A stretch of DNA of 64,000 nt, from the NCBI GenBank assembly GCA_963678315.1, contig OY782781.1, positions 1,824,001 to 1,888,000 on the forward strand, written 5' to 3'. Origin of the DNA: Candidatus Cloacimonadales bacterium. GTDB taxonomy: Bacteria > Cloacimonadota > Cloacimonadia > Cloacimonadales > JAFGVF01. The translations under genes were made by a program, and so were the position numbers. Positions 41,001-51,132 of the stretch are shown here, piece after piece. The notes under the pieces are model-generated. The model did not search any database. It was given only the letters and a program-made list of their open reading frames with translations, and was not told where the DNA came from. Numbering within the stretch: position 1 is the stretch's first letter; the number at the start of each line of letters is the position of its first letter.

Positions 41001-42889
41001 TTGTAGCCGGTTCATCTACAAGTGTTTATATAGACGTAGATAATTTACCGGAACTAAATGAAGATGAATATTATAGCTGTAGGATTAGATGTTTTAACGA
41101 AAGTGGTATGGGGGAATATTCTCAAGCTGTCTATTTTGTTCCTCAAGAGTTAGAAGTAAAGATGTATGAAGTAGAGTCAAGTTCTCTTAAAATTCTAGTA
41201 GAATCAACAAACAATTATAAAGTTGATCAAGTTGAATATCAATTGAGTCTCGATAGTTCTTTTAGCAATATTATCTATTCTACAACAAGTATATCTAATC
41301 AAATAATAGTTGAAGATATTGATGTAAATAATAGATATTACCTAAGATATAAGTCCAGCAATACTTATGGAGAAAGTGATTTCTATCAAAGTCACTACGC
41401 TTTACCAGCAGATATTGAATCCCATATTGCAATTGTAGATGATAACAATCTAAGAATAAACATTACTGATAAGAATGATTTTAGACTTACTTCTTGGGAT
41501 TATCAACTTAGCTTAGATGAAGCTTTTACTTCCATTGTTGCTCAACAAACAGCTATAAATGATAGCACGGTTCTTGTTGAAGGAATTGATGCTAGTCAGT
41601 ATTATTATTCTAGAATAATTACTCGAAATGAAGATGGTCAAAGTGACTACCAAAGTTCTAATTATTTAAGCCCATTTGGAGTAGTATTTGATGCGACTGT
41701 AATTGATAGTAATAGCCTTAAGATTGAAAAGATCAATAATAATGGATATTTAGTTACTAGCTGGAATGTGAAATTGTTTTTAAATGGAGAATATGACTCG
41801 GAATATGACGTCAATAATATTAGCGAAAACAGCATTATCATCGAGGATATTAATACTGATTCAGACTTGATAGTTTATACTCAATGCAAGAATGAAGACA
41901 ATGAATCCAATTGGGAATTAAGCAATCATCTGATACCTAATGTTTTCATTAACTATAAGATTAGAACAGATGATTTTTATGCAAATGTCTCTGTGGAAAT
42001 AGGTAACCCAGACCCAACTTGGACTTATGATTGTAGTTTTGGAGATGGTGTCTGGTTAGGTGAAAATGTATGCCATGATAATGGTAGTCATTTCTATGGT
42101 TCAGGTGCTTGGTATGAACAAGATCTTAATGAAGTATGGTCAGGAAGCCAACTTATTGATGATACCTCGCTATTCTTAAAGTTGAGTTGCTGGGAAGACG
42201 ATAGAGGCAGTGAAACTAGCTATGATGATGGTGATGATGACTATGTTGTGGGACTTGTTCAAATCGATGATATACTAAGTTATAATCCATTTGAATGGAA
42301 CAGAATTGCTGAAGATAATGAGACTTACTTAGATGTTGGTAGTGTACAAGCAAATAATTATTATAGAATAGAATTTGATTATTACTGGGAATATACTATC
42401 CCTTCTAACTATATTGCATCAATAAATGCAACAGATTCTGAAACAATTGTAATTAGTAAGAATGATAGTGGAGAATACAGAGTTTTGGGATGGGACTATC
42501 AACTGAGTACTGATGAGGAATTTTCTAACATTGTTGCAGAAGGAAGTGACTTATCTGGAGATACTTATACTATTTCTAATATAGATACTCAGCAATCTTA
42601 TTACCTCAGATTAAGAGAATATAATGAAACTGGTTATGGTCAATATTGCCTTGCTACATATAGTGGTGAATCAGATATTCCTCTAATGACTCCATCCAAC
42701 ATAGAAATTACTAATAATCAGGGTTCTTGGCATATTAGTTGGGAGCAAATCGATAATGCTAGTCAGTATCTTATTGAGAGTTCATCAGATTTAGTTGATT
42801 GGCAAGAAGAGGGAGTTACTCAAGAAACAAGCTTTACTATTCAAGATGTTAGAAATCAAGCTCGCTTTTTCAGAGTCATAGCTAGATAA
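38066..42889 (+). CDS. Very large secreted modular protein: duplicated acidic domain, about 11 FN3-like repeats, GLUG-type beta-helix
   Basis: Signal peptide, repeated W(D/E)Y(E/Q)xSxxxxF..YYxRxR units, GxGSEESPF..GFIPIG..F.G.YDG and GGFAG repeats, C-terminal RFFRV tail. Confidence 0.82.
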   Translation: MKKTVMLLFCLFFIVMVFASIRVDLKLRSDDFYADTGMEIGYPDPTWEYRGALMTDRGDRHYKHDSNNNSYGSGAWYNQPLEVFYDLSDFLVNSDNVYEFGYLGINLIGWEDDNGSAYNYDDGDDNFEYGWEFYNIFDYEQGIWQDINDAGYVDIGSHADNNKYRMEVDVWWQYTLPGLIEGQTSVVDANSVLLTKTNNNDYQIDSWDYEVSSDDFTNIIYSGTSSEESLVIDGIDATSAYYFRIRGTNNTGSGEFNQVPCYLPLPGLIEGQTSIIDINTILLTKTNNNNYQIDSWDYEVSSTEDFSNMLYSGTSSEESLVIENCNVFDDCYFRIRGLNSSGYGAFNNVEYNHLEYPSFTVDKLDSKSIEVVYQTGCELISSWDCQVSSDLGFNDIVSDVSYIDENQQTITDLDFDSIYYIRTRPRDDQALGPWSSIDSIKVLWQGQGSEESPFLVKNIYDLQNIAFNVDYLESSYLQTNDIDASITNSWNDGAGFIPIGNFSDKFEGYYDGQGFSINSLYINRDGDEIGLFAWASNCTLTNINLLDVNITGIDKVASLVAFITYSDVTDCNVNGSVSGNSFTGALAAYLVDVCMVDCSSSVDIEASGQHSGGLGKILYSTVSNCNFSGNIVGQSCTGGFAGTVASCNIDSCYTECLVTGTSHVGGFAGIIDHHNSDLQYTVSNCYSNSVTTGNTSIGGFVGYCAGGNSIENCYATGTLSADDYYGGFAGKTASCIIYNSYTSVEMQNSNGDDHGFIGYIRYDYDPVLENNFYSIEETGQNEALGASGLTLVQMHNPLTFINAGWDYLDESENGSNSIWAFEPYQNPRLSFEDAAFITDYDLIPNQVEYEVNKLDNTSISIELSDSHGYEVTNWDYQISSDTLFNNIIALGNSSEESILVENLPALNETEYYCYRFNSKNDYGESGFSDVVFAIPNNVEASLSSLENGDIRIERIVAGNYRIDGWEYEIARNITFDDIIVAGSSTSVYIDVDNLPELNEDEYYSCRIRCFNESGMGEYSQAVYFVPQELEVKMYEVESSSLKILVESTNNYKVDQVEYQLSLDSSFSNIIYSTTSISNQIIVEDIDVNNRYYLRYKSSNTYGESDFYQSHYALPADIESHIAIVDDNNLRINITDKNDFRLTSWDYQLSLDEAFTSIVAQQTAINDSTVLVEGIDASQYYYSRIITRNEDGQSDYQSSNYLSPFGVVFDATVIDSNSLKIEKINNNGYLVTSWNVKLFLNGEYDSEYDVNNISENSIIIEDINTDSDLIVYTQCKNEDNESNWELSNHLIPNVFINYKIRTDDFYANVSVEIGNPDPTWTYDCSFGDGVWLGENVCHDNGSHFYGSGAWYEQDLNEVWSGSQLIDDTSLFLKLSCWEDDRGSETSYDDGDDDYVVGLVQIDDILSYNPFEWNRIAEDNETYLDVGSVQANNYYRIEFDYYWEYTIPSNYIASINATDSETIVISKNDSGEYRVLGWDYQLSTDEEFSNIVAEGSDLSGDTYTISNIDTQQSYYLRLREYNETGYGQYCLATYSGESDIPLMTPSNIEITNNQGSWHISWEQIDNASQYLIESSSDLVDWQEEGVTQETSFTIQDVRNQARFFRVIAR
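38594..39110 (+). repeat. Intragenic 267-bp duplication (FN3-like units 1 and 2)
   Basis: CCAGGTTTAATTGAAGGGCAAACTTCT at 38594 and 38861, with further identical blocks. Confidence 0.85.
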
Positions 42890-42899
42890 TAAATATTAT

Positions 42900-42936
42900 A
42901 GTATGCAGAAATTACTTAAGCTTCTTTCTGCATACT
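42900..42936. terminator. Hairpin between convergent genes
   Basis: AGTATGCAGAAA..TTTCTGCATACT. Confidence 0.6.
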
Positions 42937-42946
42937 TGTTATGGAT

Positions 42947-43669
42947 TTAAACGTAGTTATTAATTAGTGGGGCAATATCTTCCCTAGATAGTACATCATC
43001 TGTGTACTTACCAGTATATATACATTTACCTTCATTAAGGACCACAAGGTGTTCACAGTACTTCTTAAATGACATGAAATCATGTGTAATAACGATTGTT
43101 GTCTCTATTTCTTTCTTGTGAAGTGAGAATATTAGCTCAGCAATATTCTTGGTCGTCCTGGGATCTAAACCAGTTGTTGGTTCATCATAAATTAGTACTT
43201 CTGGTTCTAAGGCAATAGCTCTTGCAAAAGCTACTCTTCTTTTCATTCCTCCAGACAACTCTGAAGTTTGCTTTTCTCCTATACCAGGTAAAGACACTTT
43301 TTCTAGCAACTGATTTACTTTAGTCTCTATTTCTTGCTCTTTCATCTTAGTATGCTCGAAAAAGGGGAAAGCTATATTTTGATAAACATCCATTGAATCG
43401 AATAAAGCTCCACTTTGGAATAACATACCAATTCTTTTGCGTAGCTGGAAAACTTCTTTGTTGGAACTATAGTCAATTTTGCAACCATTGTATTCAATAT
43501 CTCCGTCAAAGTTTCTTAATAAGCCTATTATTGACTTAGATAAAACGCTTTTTCCAGAGCCAGAATGTCCTAGGATGACAGTGAATTTTGCTTTGGGTAT
43601 TTGAATATTAATGTCTTGTAGAACAGGACTGTCGTTAAACTTGATATTATAGTTCTTAATTTCTAGCAT
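42947..43669 (-). CDS. ABC transporter ATP-binding protein, MlaF/Mkl-like
   Basis: GHSGSGKS, FQSGALFDSM, LSGGMKRRV and YDEPTTGLDP. Confidence 0.88.
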   Translation of the reverse strand: MLEIKNYNIKFNDSPVLQDINIQIPKAKFTVILGHSGSGKSVLSKSIIGLLRNFDGDIEYNGCKIDYSSNKEVFQLRKRIGMLFQSGALFDSMDVYQNIAFPFFEHTKMKEQEIETKVNQLLEKVSLPGIGEKQTSELSGGMKRRVAFARAIALEPEVLIYDEPTTGLDPRTTKNIAELIFSLHKKEIETTIVITHDFMSFKKYCEHLVVLNEGKCIYTGKYTDDVLSREDIAPLINNYV

Positions 43670-44955
43670 ATCTCGACTTTAACTCCATCTCTAAACTTAC
43701 TGATTGCTTTTACTCTGATCTTGCTCTTCTTGAGGAGATTGTCTCCTTGATAATACACTTTCACGAAGTGGTCAGACACTGAAACCCAGTAATCTTCTTC
43801 TTGCTCTTCAACAATACAAGTTAACTCTATGTTATTAGCAAGTAGTTTATCAATATATCTGTCTGTTAACTGGTGCGATAAGTCAATTAGCCTATTAGTT
43901 CTTTCTTTCTGAATCTTACCATTAACTTGATCTTTCATGTCGTAGGCAGGAGTCCCTTTCCTTCTGGAATATGTAAATACGTGCAATGATGTTATAGGTA
44001 ATGATTTTAGGAAATCATATGTCTCTTGAAAAAGTTGTTCACTTTCTCCAGGGAATCCTACAATAACATCGATGCTAAAGGCTGGTGAATCTACTACAGA
44101 AGAGAGATTCTCTATAGTTTGTTTAAAGTCTTTACTTGTATATCGCCTTTTCATTGCTTTCAGAATTGTATCAGAACCACTCTGAATAGGGATATGGAAA
44201 TGAGGAACAATTTTCCTGCTTGTTTTTATAAAGTTAAGCACTTCAGGAGTAAAGAGCTGCGGCTCTACAGAGCTCAAACGAATATTATCTAAACCTTCTA
44301 TTTTCTCTATATCATGAAGTAAATGACTAAAGAAGTAGTCTTCATACAAGTCTTGACCATAAAGTCCCATATTTATTCCACCCAGCACAACTTCATGATA
44401 TCCATTTGCTACAAGAACCTCTATTTGCTTAATGACATCTTCTCTTTTCCTACTACGTGATCTTCCTCTCGCATAAGGAATTGCACAGTAAGTACAGTAG
44501 AAATTACAACCATCTTGAATCTTTACAAATGCCCTAGATCTGTCGTAAAGTTCAGTAGCCATCATTTCACTGAAATCTTTAAATTTCATTATGTCATCAA
44601 AGCTACTTTGCTTTGAAGAGTATAGTTCGTAGATAATGTTCTTATGCTGGTTATCTACAACAATGTCGATATCTCCAAGCTTATCAATCTCTTCTTTATT
44701 TCTCTGAACATAACAGCCAGTAATAATCAAGACAATATTGGAATTAAGTTCTTTTTTCTTGAGAACTTTTCTAATAGCATTCCGACTTTTAAAATCGGTT
44801 CTATTAGTTACAGTACATGAATTTACAATATAAACATCTGCATCAGAATTAAAATCAGTTTGCTCGAATCCATGATCAATAAATTGCTTTATAATCCCAG
44901 CTGATTCATATTGATTTATTTTGCATCCAAATGTCTCAATCGCAACTTTAAGCAT
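43663..44955 (-). CDS. mtaB: tRNA t6A37 methylthiotransferase MtaB
   Basis: TFGCKINQYE, NSCTVT, KIQDGCNFYCTYC and HVFTYS.R.GT. Confidence 0.92.
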   Translation of the reverse strand: MLKVAIETFGCKINQYESAGIIKQFIDHGFEQTDFNSDADVYIVNSCTVTNRTDFKSRNAIRKVLKKKELNSNIVLIITGCYVQRNKEEIDKLGDIDIVVDNQHKNIIYELYSSKQSSFDDIMKFKDFSEMMATELYDRSRAFVKIQDGCNFYCTYCAIPYARGRSRSRKREDVIKQIEVLVANGYHEVVLGGINMGLYGQDLYEDYFFSHLLHDIEKIEGLDNIRLSSVEPQLFTPEVLNFIKTSRKIVPHFHIPIQSGSDTILKAMKRRYTSKDFKQTIENLSSVVDSPAFSIDVIVGFPGESEQLFQETYDFLKSLPITSLHVFTYSRRKGTPAYDMKDQVNGKIQKERTNRLIDLSHQLTDRYIDKLLANNIELTCIVEEQEEDYWVSVSDHFVKVYYQGDNLLKKSKIRVKAISKFRDGVKVEIC

Positions 44956-45541
44956 AGAATTCCTTTAAATATGAGTAGATTACTTTTCCGTAATATTTGT
45001 GTTCAAGTTTTAAAACTCTTTGTGCAATTATCTCTGAAGACTTTGCTTTAGCAACTTTAACTTTCTTTTGGAAGATTATTTTACCTTCATCATAGTAAGA
45101 GTTTACTCTATGAATGGTTATTCCTGAGAAAGACTCTTTTGCTTTAAATACGGCTTCATGAACATTCATTCCATACATTCCTTTCCCTCCAAATTTAGGA
45201 AGTAGGGCAGGGTGGATATTAAGAATAGGTATTCTTACTTTAGTTACGAATATTTCAGGTAATAATTTCATGAATCCTGCAAGAACAACCATATCAATCA
45301 TTTCTTTAGCTAAGAAAATCTTAACTTCATGCTGATAGTTTAGCATATCTTTAGTTGATAAATATTTGACACTAATTCCAAAATCATGGCATTTGTCGAT
45401 AATTGGTGCTTTCTTACTATTAACATAAACTGCTGCAATATCTATTGGTAAATTATTTTGTTTAATGGTGTTATAAATTGCTTCAAAGTTAGACCCTCTA
45501 CTTTTCCCAGAAGTTAAAATAACAATTTTGAACCTTCTCAT
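44948..45541 (-). CDS. purN: Phosphoribosylglycinamide formyltransferase
   Basis: SRGSN, VLAGFM, NIHPALLP.FGG.G.YG..VH and D.G.II.Q. Confidence 0.92.
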   Translation of the reverse strand: MRRFKIVILTSGKSRGSNFEAIYNTIKQNNLPIDIAAVYVNSKKAPIIDKCHDFGISVKYLSTKDMLNYQHEVKIFLAKEMIDMVVLAGFMKLLPEIFVTKVRIPILNIHPALLPKFGGKGMYGMNVHEAVFKAKESFSGITIHRVNSYYDEGKIIFQKKVKVAKAKSSEIIAQRVLKLEHKYYGKVIYSYLKEFYA

Positions 45542-45568
45542 TATTCCTCCTTAAAATTCAAAAATAGA

Positions 45569-45598
45569 TATTGAGATTGCCTTAAAACAATCTCAATA
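45569..45598 (-). terminator. Hairpin downstream of aspS
   Basis: TATTGAGATTG..CAATCTCAATA. Confidence 0.45.
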
Positions 45599-45617
45599 CC
45601 ATAATATAAATTACAAT

Positions 45618-47402
45618 CTATTTTTCTTTAATATCAATTTTTATACTTAATTCTTCCAACTGCTTCATATCAACTGTTGAAGGGGCTTGACTCATTAAGT
45701 CAACAGCTTTTAGTGTTTTTGGGAATGCAATTACGTCTCTAATTGAATCTGCACCTGTCATAATCATAACAAGTCTATCAATACCTGGAGCTATACCACC
45801 ATGAGGAGGAGTTCCGTATTTTAGTGCTTTTACGAAGAATCCGAATCTCTTTTCTACTTCTTCATCGTCAAAACCAGCAATATTAAATATCTTTTGTTGA
45901 ATATCAGCTAAGTGACAACGAATTGAACCAGATGAAAGCTCCATACCATTACAAACTAGGTCATAAAGTTGACCTTGGATATCCCCAATTTTCTCTGGAT
46001 TATCAAAGTAAGCAATATGTTCTTCTTTAGGCATAGTAAACATGTGATGCATTGATTCCCATCTTTCAGCATCTTCATTATATTCAAACATAGGGAAATC
46101 AGTAATCCAACAGAAGTTAAATTCTTTTGGGTCATAAAGTTCTAGTTCTTTCCCAAAGTAATTTCTTAATCCAGCAAGAACCTTATAAACAACACTATTC
46201 TTATCTGAACCAAAGAGAATTAAATCGCCATCTTTAGCTTGTGTTTTAGCTAAGATTTGTAGTTTTTCCTCATCTGTTAAGAACTTAGAAATACCTGCGT
46301 CCAAATCATTCTCTTTAACCTTACAGAAAGCAAGACCTTTAGCTCCAAGATGTTTAGCTTTATCTGTAAGATTATCAATCATTTTTCTTGAATATGTTGC
46401 ACATCCAGGAGCAACAATACATCTAACAGATCCTTTGTTCTCTAAAGCATCTTTAAACACCTTAAACTCTGAATTAGCTAATATGTCAGATAAATCATTA
46501 ATCTCCATAGCAAATCTTAAGTCTGGTTTATCACAACCATATTTATCCATTGATTCTTGGTAAGGGATTCTCTTAAATGGAATCTCAATATCAACATTTA
46601 TAGCTTCTTTAAAGATATATTTCATTAACTCTTCATTAATTTCAAATATTTCATCTTGTGTTACAAAACTCATTTCCATATCAAGTTGAGTAAACTCAGG
46701 TTGTCTATCAGCTCTAAGATCTTCATCTCTAAAGCATCTAGCAATTTGGAAGTATTTATCAAAACCAGAAATCATCAACAATTGCTTGTAGATCTGTGGA
46801 GATTGAGGTAGTGCAAAGAAGTTGCCAGGATGCACTCTACTTGGAACAAGATAATCTCTAGCTCCCTCAGGGGTTGATTTCATAAGTATTGGAGTTTCTA
46901 TCTCAAAGAAACCACGAGTTGATAAGAATTCTCTGATCTTCCAGATAATCTTGTGTCTTAAAATGATATTCTTGTTTAAAACTCTTCTTCTTAAATCAAG
47001 GAAACGATATTCAAGTCTTAAATCTTCATCAGCAATTTGATTATCATTAACTTGTACAGGAAGTGGCTCAGATACATTGAGAAGATCTAATTCTTCTGCT
47101 AATATTTCGATAGCACCAGTTTTTAGATTCTTGTTTTCTACATCTTTCTTAGCTACTTTTCCTTGAACAGAAATTACATACTCATTTCTTAATTTATGAG
47201 CTTTAGTAATCACTTTTTCATTCTCAGGATTAAATGTAATTTGTATTAAACCTGAATGGTCTCTTAAATCAACAAATATCAATCCACCAAGATCTCTTCT
47301 TCTGTGAACCCATCCCATTAAAGTGACAGTCTCACCAACATTATCTATATTTAAATCAGTAGCAAAATGGCTTCTTCTTTTGCCTGCAAGTAAATCAAGC
47401 AT
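45618..47402 (-). CDS. aspS: Aspartate--tRNA ligase
   Basis: [38 protein letters not shown] and PPHGG.A.G.DR. Confidence 0.97.
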   Translation of the reverse strand: MLDLLAGKRRSHFATDLNIDNVGETVTLMGWVHRRRDLGGLIFVDLRDHSGLIQITFNPENEKVITKAHKLRNEYVISVQGKVAKKDVENKNLKTGAIEILAEELDLLNVSEPLPVQVNDNQIADEDLRLEYRFLDLRRRVLNKNIILRHKIIWKIREFLSTRGFFEIETPILMKSTPEGARDYLVPSRVHPGNFFALPQSPQIYKQLLMISGFDKYFQIARCFRDEDLRADRQPEFTQLDMEMSFVTQDEIFEINEELMKYIFKEAINVDIEIPFKRIPYQESMDKYGCDKPDLRFAMEINDLSDILANSEFKVFKDALENKGSVRCIVAPGCATYSRKMIDNLTDKAKHLGAKGLAFCKVKENDLDAGISKFLTDEEKLQILAKTQAKDGDLILFGSDKNSVVYKVLAGLRNYFGKELELYDPKEFNFCWITDFPMFEYNEDAERWESMHHMFTMPKEEHIAYFDNPEKIGDIQGQLYDLVCNGMELSSGSIRCHLADIQQKIFNIAGFDDEEVEKRFGFFVKALKYGTPPHGGIAPGIDRLVMIMTGADSIRDVIAFPKTLKAVDLMSQAPSTVDMKQLEELSIKIDIKEK

Positions 47403-47478
47403 AGATTTTTAACTCCTATTCTATTGTATTTGTACCAAATTAATGTACTATAATATATCTTCAAGTTTTTTTTATTTA

Positions 47479-48354
47479 TTATTTACCTATCACTTTATTT
47501 AGTAGTTTGTGACCTAGCAAAAACTTATCGATTCTTAGGTCACTGTGCTCATTTGAGACTCTTCTAAAATAATTGAACTTAGGAATTTCTTTTAAGCCAT
47601 ATCCACCAAATGTATAATCAATAGACTTGGATAAATCAGCAAGAATGCCCCTCTTTAAACCACTATCTTTATATGGGATTGAAGTGATAGCATAATCTAA
47701 AGCATATTTCTTCTTCACATCCAAAGCACTCTCTTGAAGCTGAAATAACTGCTCTTTATATGTCATGCTTTTTAATGAAAGATGACGATAGGTGTGTCCA
47801 CCAAAATAATAACCATCTGCAATCATTGTCTCTATCTGTTCAGAGCTTAGATAAGCATTCTCTTTTACTAGATAGTCTTGAAAATCAATATTCATAATCT
47901 GTGCTAGACTATTAAGCTTATCAGTCTCTTCAGTTCTCCAAGATTTTAAAGTCTTTGCCAAGTTTGCACTAGAACATCCTAACTCTTGCGAAGCTCGTGT
48001 TTTTTCTGAATTAGACAGAGATTGAACTTGCTCTATTAGTAATGATATCTTACACCTAAAGAACATGTCTTGATTGTCGATAAAATCATTATTCAAGAAG
48101 AAGAATGCTGGTATTGAATATTTCTTTAGAATTGGATATATGACATTATAGCATTGAGAATAACCATCATCAAAGGAGAGAATTACCCCTTTTCTATTGT
48201 TTTTGATATCATCTAAATCAAGAAATTTATAGTTTTTATCTAAGAAGAGTATATCTCTTTCGAAGCTACTAACATTCTTGTATTTATACAAGTTATCAAT
48301 ATGCTTGTTTGCTTTATCATCCACAATATGATAGTAGATAGGTATATTTTTCAT
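47479..48354 (-). CDS. Polysaccharide deacetylase family protein
   Basis: YH, LSFDDG and GGHTYRH (NodB motifs). Confidence 0.85.
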   Translation of the reverse strand: MKNIPIYYHIVDDKANKHIDNLYKYKNVSSFERDILFLDKNYKFLDLDDIKNNRKGVILSFDDGYSQCYNVIYPILKKYSIPAFFFLNNDFIDNQDMFFRCKISLLIEQVQSLSNSEKTRASQELGCSSANLAKTLKSWRTEETDKLNSLAQIMNIDFQDYLVKENAYLSSEQIETMIADGYYFGGHTYRHLSLKSMTYKEQLFQLQESALDVKKKYALDYAITSIPYKDSGLKRGILADLSKSIDYTFGGYGLKEIPKFNYFRRVSNEHSDLRIDKFLLGHKLLNKVIGK

Positions 48355-48442
48355 TTATCCTCGATACAGTGTTTTATAATCATCATCTATAAATAATATG
48401 GGCACACTAATTGAAAATAAGGCACAGTTAATCAAAGTTTTT

Positions 48443-49738
48443 TTATTTTTCTAAGAATTTCTTTAAGTCTTCAATTGATCTATCTGCATAGAACTGCTTT
48501 TTAGCTTTTTTATCTCTCATTTCAACAGGAGGAACTAATCCGAAGTTAGCATTCATAGGTAAGAAATTCTTTTGCGGTGTATTTAAATATCTCCATAGTT
48601 GACCAGCAATAGTTGTTTCTGGAAGTGTTTCAAGTCCATTGTTGATTATGTGATAAATTAGCAAGCCACTAAATATAGATTCTACATAACCTTCAACCCC
48701 AGAAAGTTGACCAGCAATATAAACATTTGCTTTCTTTTTTAATGACAGATTATTGTTTAGAACTTCTGGAGCATTGATATAAGTATTTCTATGAATAGAA
48801 CCATAGCGCAAGAACTTGGCATTCTCTAAGCCTGGAATTAAGCTAAAGACACGTTTTTGCTCTCCATACTTTAGCATAGTTTGGCAACCTACAAGATTGT
48901 AAGCTGACTTAGAGAAATTCTCAATCCTCAACTGGAGAACTGCAAAGGGACGCCTATCTGTTTTAGGGTCTTCCAATCCAACAGGCTTTAATACTCCAAA
49001 ACGTAGTGTATCTTTTCCTCTTCTTGCTAGCTCTTCAATTGGTGTGCAATTCTCATAAAACTTAAACTTTAGATCTTGAAAGAATTTGTTCTCAAACTCT
49101 TTAGCCTCATGTTTTTCTGCTTGGTTTAGTGCTTCAACAAAGTTATAATACTCTTCTTTAGAGAAAGGACAATTTATATAGTCTGGATCACCCTTGTCGT
49201 ATCTAGTCTTATAATATGCCTTAGAGAAGTCTAAACTATCTTTTTCTATTATAGGAGCAATTGCATCAAAGAAGTAAAGATTCTCATCATCTAAGTAAGG
49301 AATTATTGCTTCTAATAGGCTTGAAGACGTTAATGGACCAGTAGCTAAAACTGTTAATTCATCATCAATCTGAGTAAACTCTTTCTGAATAATCTCAATA
49401 TTTGTATTGTCCTTTATTAGCTGAGTAACCTCTTCAGAAAACTTGTCTCTATCGACAGCTAAAGCATTACCAGCAGGAACTCTATTCTTGATAGCTATTG
49501 GAATCAACTTTGAGCCTAGAAGCTCCATTTCTTTTTTTAATAAACCTGAACCAGTTGTAGGTAAAATAGACTTTAAGGAATTGGAACAAACCAATTCAGC
49601 AAAAGAGTCTAAAGTATGAGCCTCGCTGTACATTAGGGGCTTCATTTCAAACAACTTAACTTTCCAACCTGATTCAGCAAAATTTAAAGCTAGTTCACAT
49701 CCAGCTAATCCAGCTCCAACAATATTTATTTTCTTCAC
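48443..49738 (-). CDS. trmFO: Folate/FAD-dependent tRNA U54 methyltransferase TrmFO
   Basis: GAGLAG, AELVCSNS, FFDAIAP, HRNTY and AGQLSGVEGY. GTG start after GGAG. Confidence 0.95.
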   Translation of the reverse strand: MKKINIVGAGLAGCELALNFAESGWKVKLFEMKPLMYSEAHTLDSFAELVCSNSLKSILPTTGSGLLKKEMELLGSKLIPIAIKNRVPAGNALAVDRDKFSEEVTQLIKDNTNIEIIQKEFTQIDDELTVLATGPLTSSSLLEAIIPYLDDENLYFFDAIAPIIEKDSLDFSKAYYKTRYDKGDPDYINCPFSKEEYYNFVEALNQAEKHEAKEFENKFFQDLKFKFYENCTPIEELARRGKDTLRFGVLKPVGLEDPKTDRRPFAVLQLRIENFSKSAYNLVGCQTMLKYGEQKRVFSLIPGLENAKFLRYGSIHRNTYINAPEVLNNNLSLKKKANVYIAGQLSGVEGYVESIFSGLLIYHIINNGLETLPETTIAGQLWRYLNTPQKNFLPMNANFGLVPPVEMRDKKAKKQFYADRSIEDLKKFLEK

Positions 49739-49818
49739 ATTTACTCCTAAAATTAAAAAACAATCTTATAAGCTAGCAATCTAAAGTCAATAATTATCTT
49801 GTAGCCTGCTAATCTTCT

Positions 49819-50262
49819 GGGATTGTAGCCATCAGTCTAGCCTGACACGGTCCTTGGCTACGAAAAGTTTTGCGTAAGCATGAACAAAGTTCAACCCTAA
49901 CGGGTGGATGCTTACACTCCAGGTTTTCCCAAACGTCTCTACATCCTTACTGGCCTCATTGAAAAATCAGCCTTTTTTCAAAGAGGAAAGTAATGGAGGA
50001 GTTAGGCGTTAGGAGTGAGGGATACTGGAATCGCCAGTCTCCGAGCTAGCTTCACTTATAATCTAATGATGAGTGAATATGTAGAGAAGAATGGTTTTTC
50101 GTTTAACCCTGAAGGGGTGACATATATTAGCATGGGGTCTTGTACCCCATGTTAATAAGGATTATTAAAATCTAGCCCTGAAAGGGCGACATAAAAAGTA
50201 AATTAACTTTTACTTATATAACATATTTTCCTGGATTTAGCTATCAAGGATGAAGCCGTTCC
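49819..50262. repeat. Mosaic palindromic repeat cluster 3
   Basis: REPIN-like pair at 49820-49920, 52-bp hairpin at 49945-49996, block 50010-50104 homologous (inverted) to 30682-30776, and triple hairpin at 50105-50193. Confidence 0.85.
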
Positions 50263-50301
50263 GATTTTGCAGAATAAATCCCTTCAGAATTTAAAACAAA
50301 A

Positions 50302-50329
50302 AAAAGAGCTACCTTCCGATAGCTCTTTT
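50302..50329 (-). terminator. Intrinsic terminator of satP
   Basis: AAAAGAGCTA..TAGCTCTTTT flanked by an A-run. Confidence 0.7.
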
Positions 50330-50353
50330 AACTATTCTTCTAATATAATATAC

Positions 50354-50911
50354 TTATAATAAAGGCATTAGCTTCTTACCGTATGTTTCATTAATTACTT
50401 GTCCGATAGCTTCATACATAGCTAAAGCACCACATAGTATACCTTCATAACCAGCGAATACTTTAATTGCATGTATTCCGGTGAAGTCAGATATAGCAAG
50501 TAAGGCAAAAAGTAGGGTTAATGTACCAAAGACAAGCTTAGATATTGCGTTAGATCTTAATGTACAGATGAACATACCTAATGTGAAAATACCCCATAAA
50601 GAAAGGTAAAATCCCATTGATGTAGCATTAGGTTTAGCTACTGATTCCATGCCTGGTAATAGCCAGATTAATACCAATGAAAGCCAGAAAAAGCCATAAG
50701 ATGTAAAGGCAACAGTTCCAAAAGTCTTGTTGTTTTGATATTCAAGAATACCAGCAATAATTTGAGCTAATCCTCCAATGGTCAGTCCCATTGCCATTAT
50801 TGCAGCGTCTAATGGGAAGAATCCCGCATTGTGAATATTCAACAAAATAGTAGTCATACCAAATCCAATCAAACCAATCGGTGCAGGATTTGCTTTAGTC
50901 AGGTTACTCAA
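50354..50911 (-). CDS. satP: Acetate/succinate transporter (GPR1/FUN34/YaaH family)
   Basis: ANPAPIGL.GFGMTT.LLN and FTSYG.FW, with about 6 TMs. Confidence 0.92.
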   Translation of the reverse strand: MSNLTKANPAPIGLIGFGMTTILLNIHNAGFFPLDAAIMAMGLTIGGLAQIIAGILEYQNNKTFGTVAFTSYGFFWLSLVLIWLLPGMESVAKPNATSMGFYLSLWGIFTLGMFICTLRSNAISKLVFGTLTLLFALLAISDFTGIHAIKVFAGYEGILCGALAMYEAIGQVINETYGKKLMPLL

Positions 50912-51132
50912 TTCTAACTCCTAAAATTATAATAGATACGCAAGAAATCTTTTATGCTTGTTATGTGTCAAACTTTTTTTTATTTGTTTTTGTAGATTAC
51001 ATAGGCCCGTAAAAAGAGGACTTTAGACTGTGATAAATTCTATTAAACCCTAAGTATATAAAAAATTATTGACAAGTTAGCAAACGTGATTAATTTGTAT
51101 TTAAATGTAATAAATATTCTAAGGAGTTAAAA

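Noticed and set aside
50231..50287. GC-richer patch as an ncRNA or ribozyme
   Set aside because: No hammerhead or riboswitch core. On the minus strand it resembles a degenerate GGA-headed REP.
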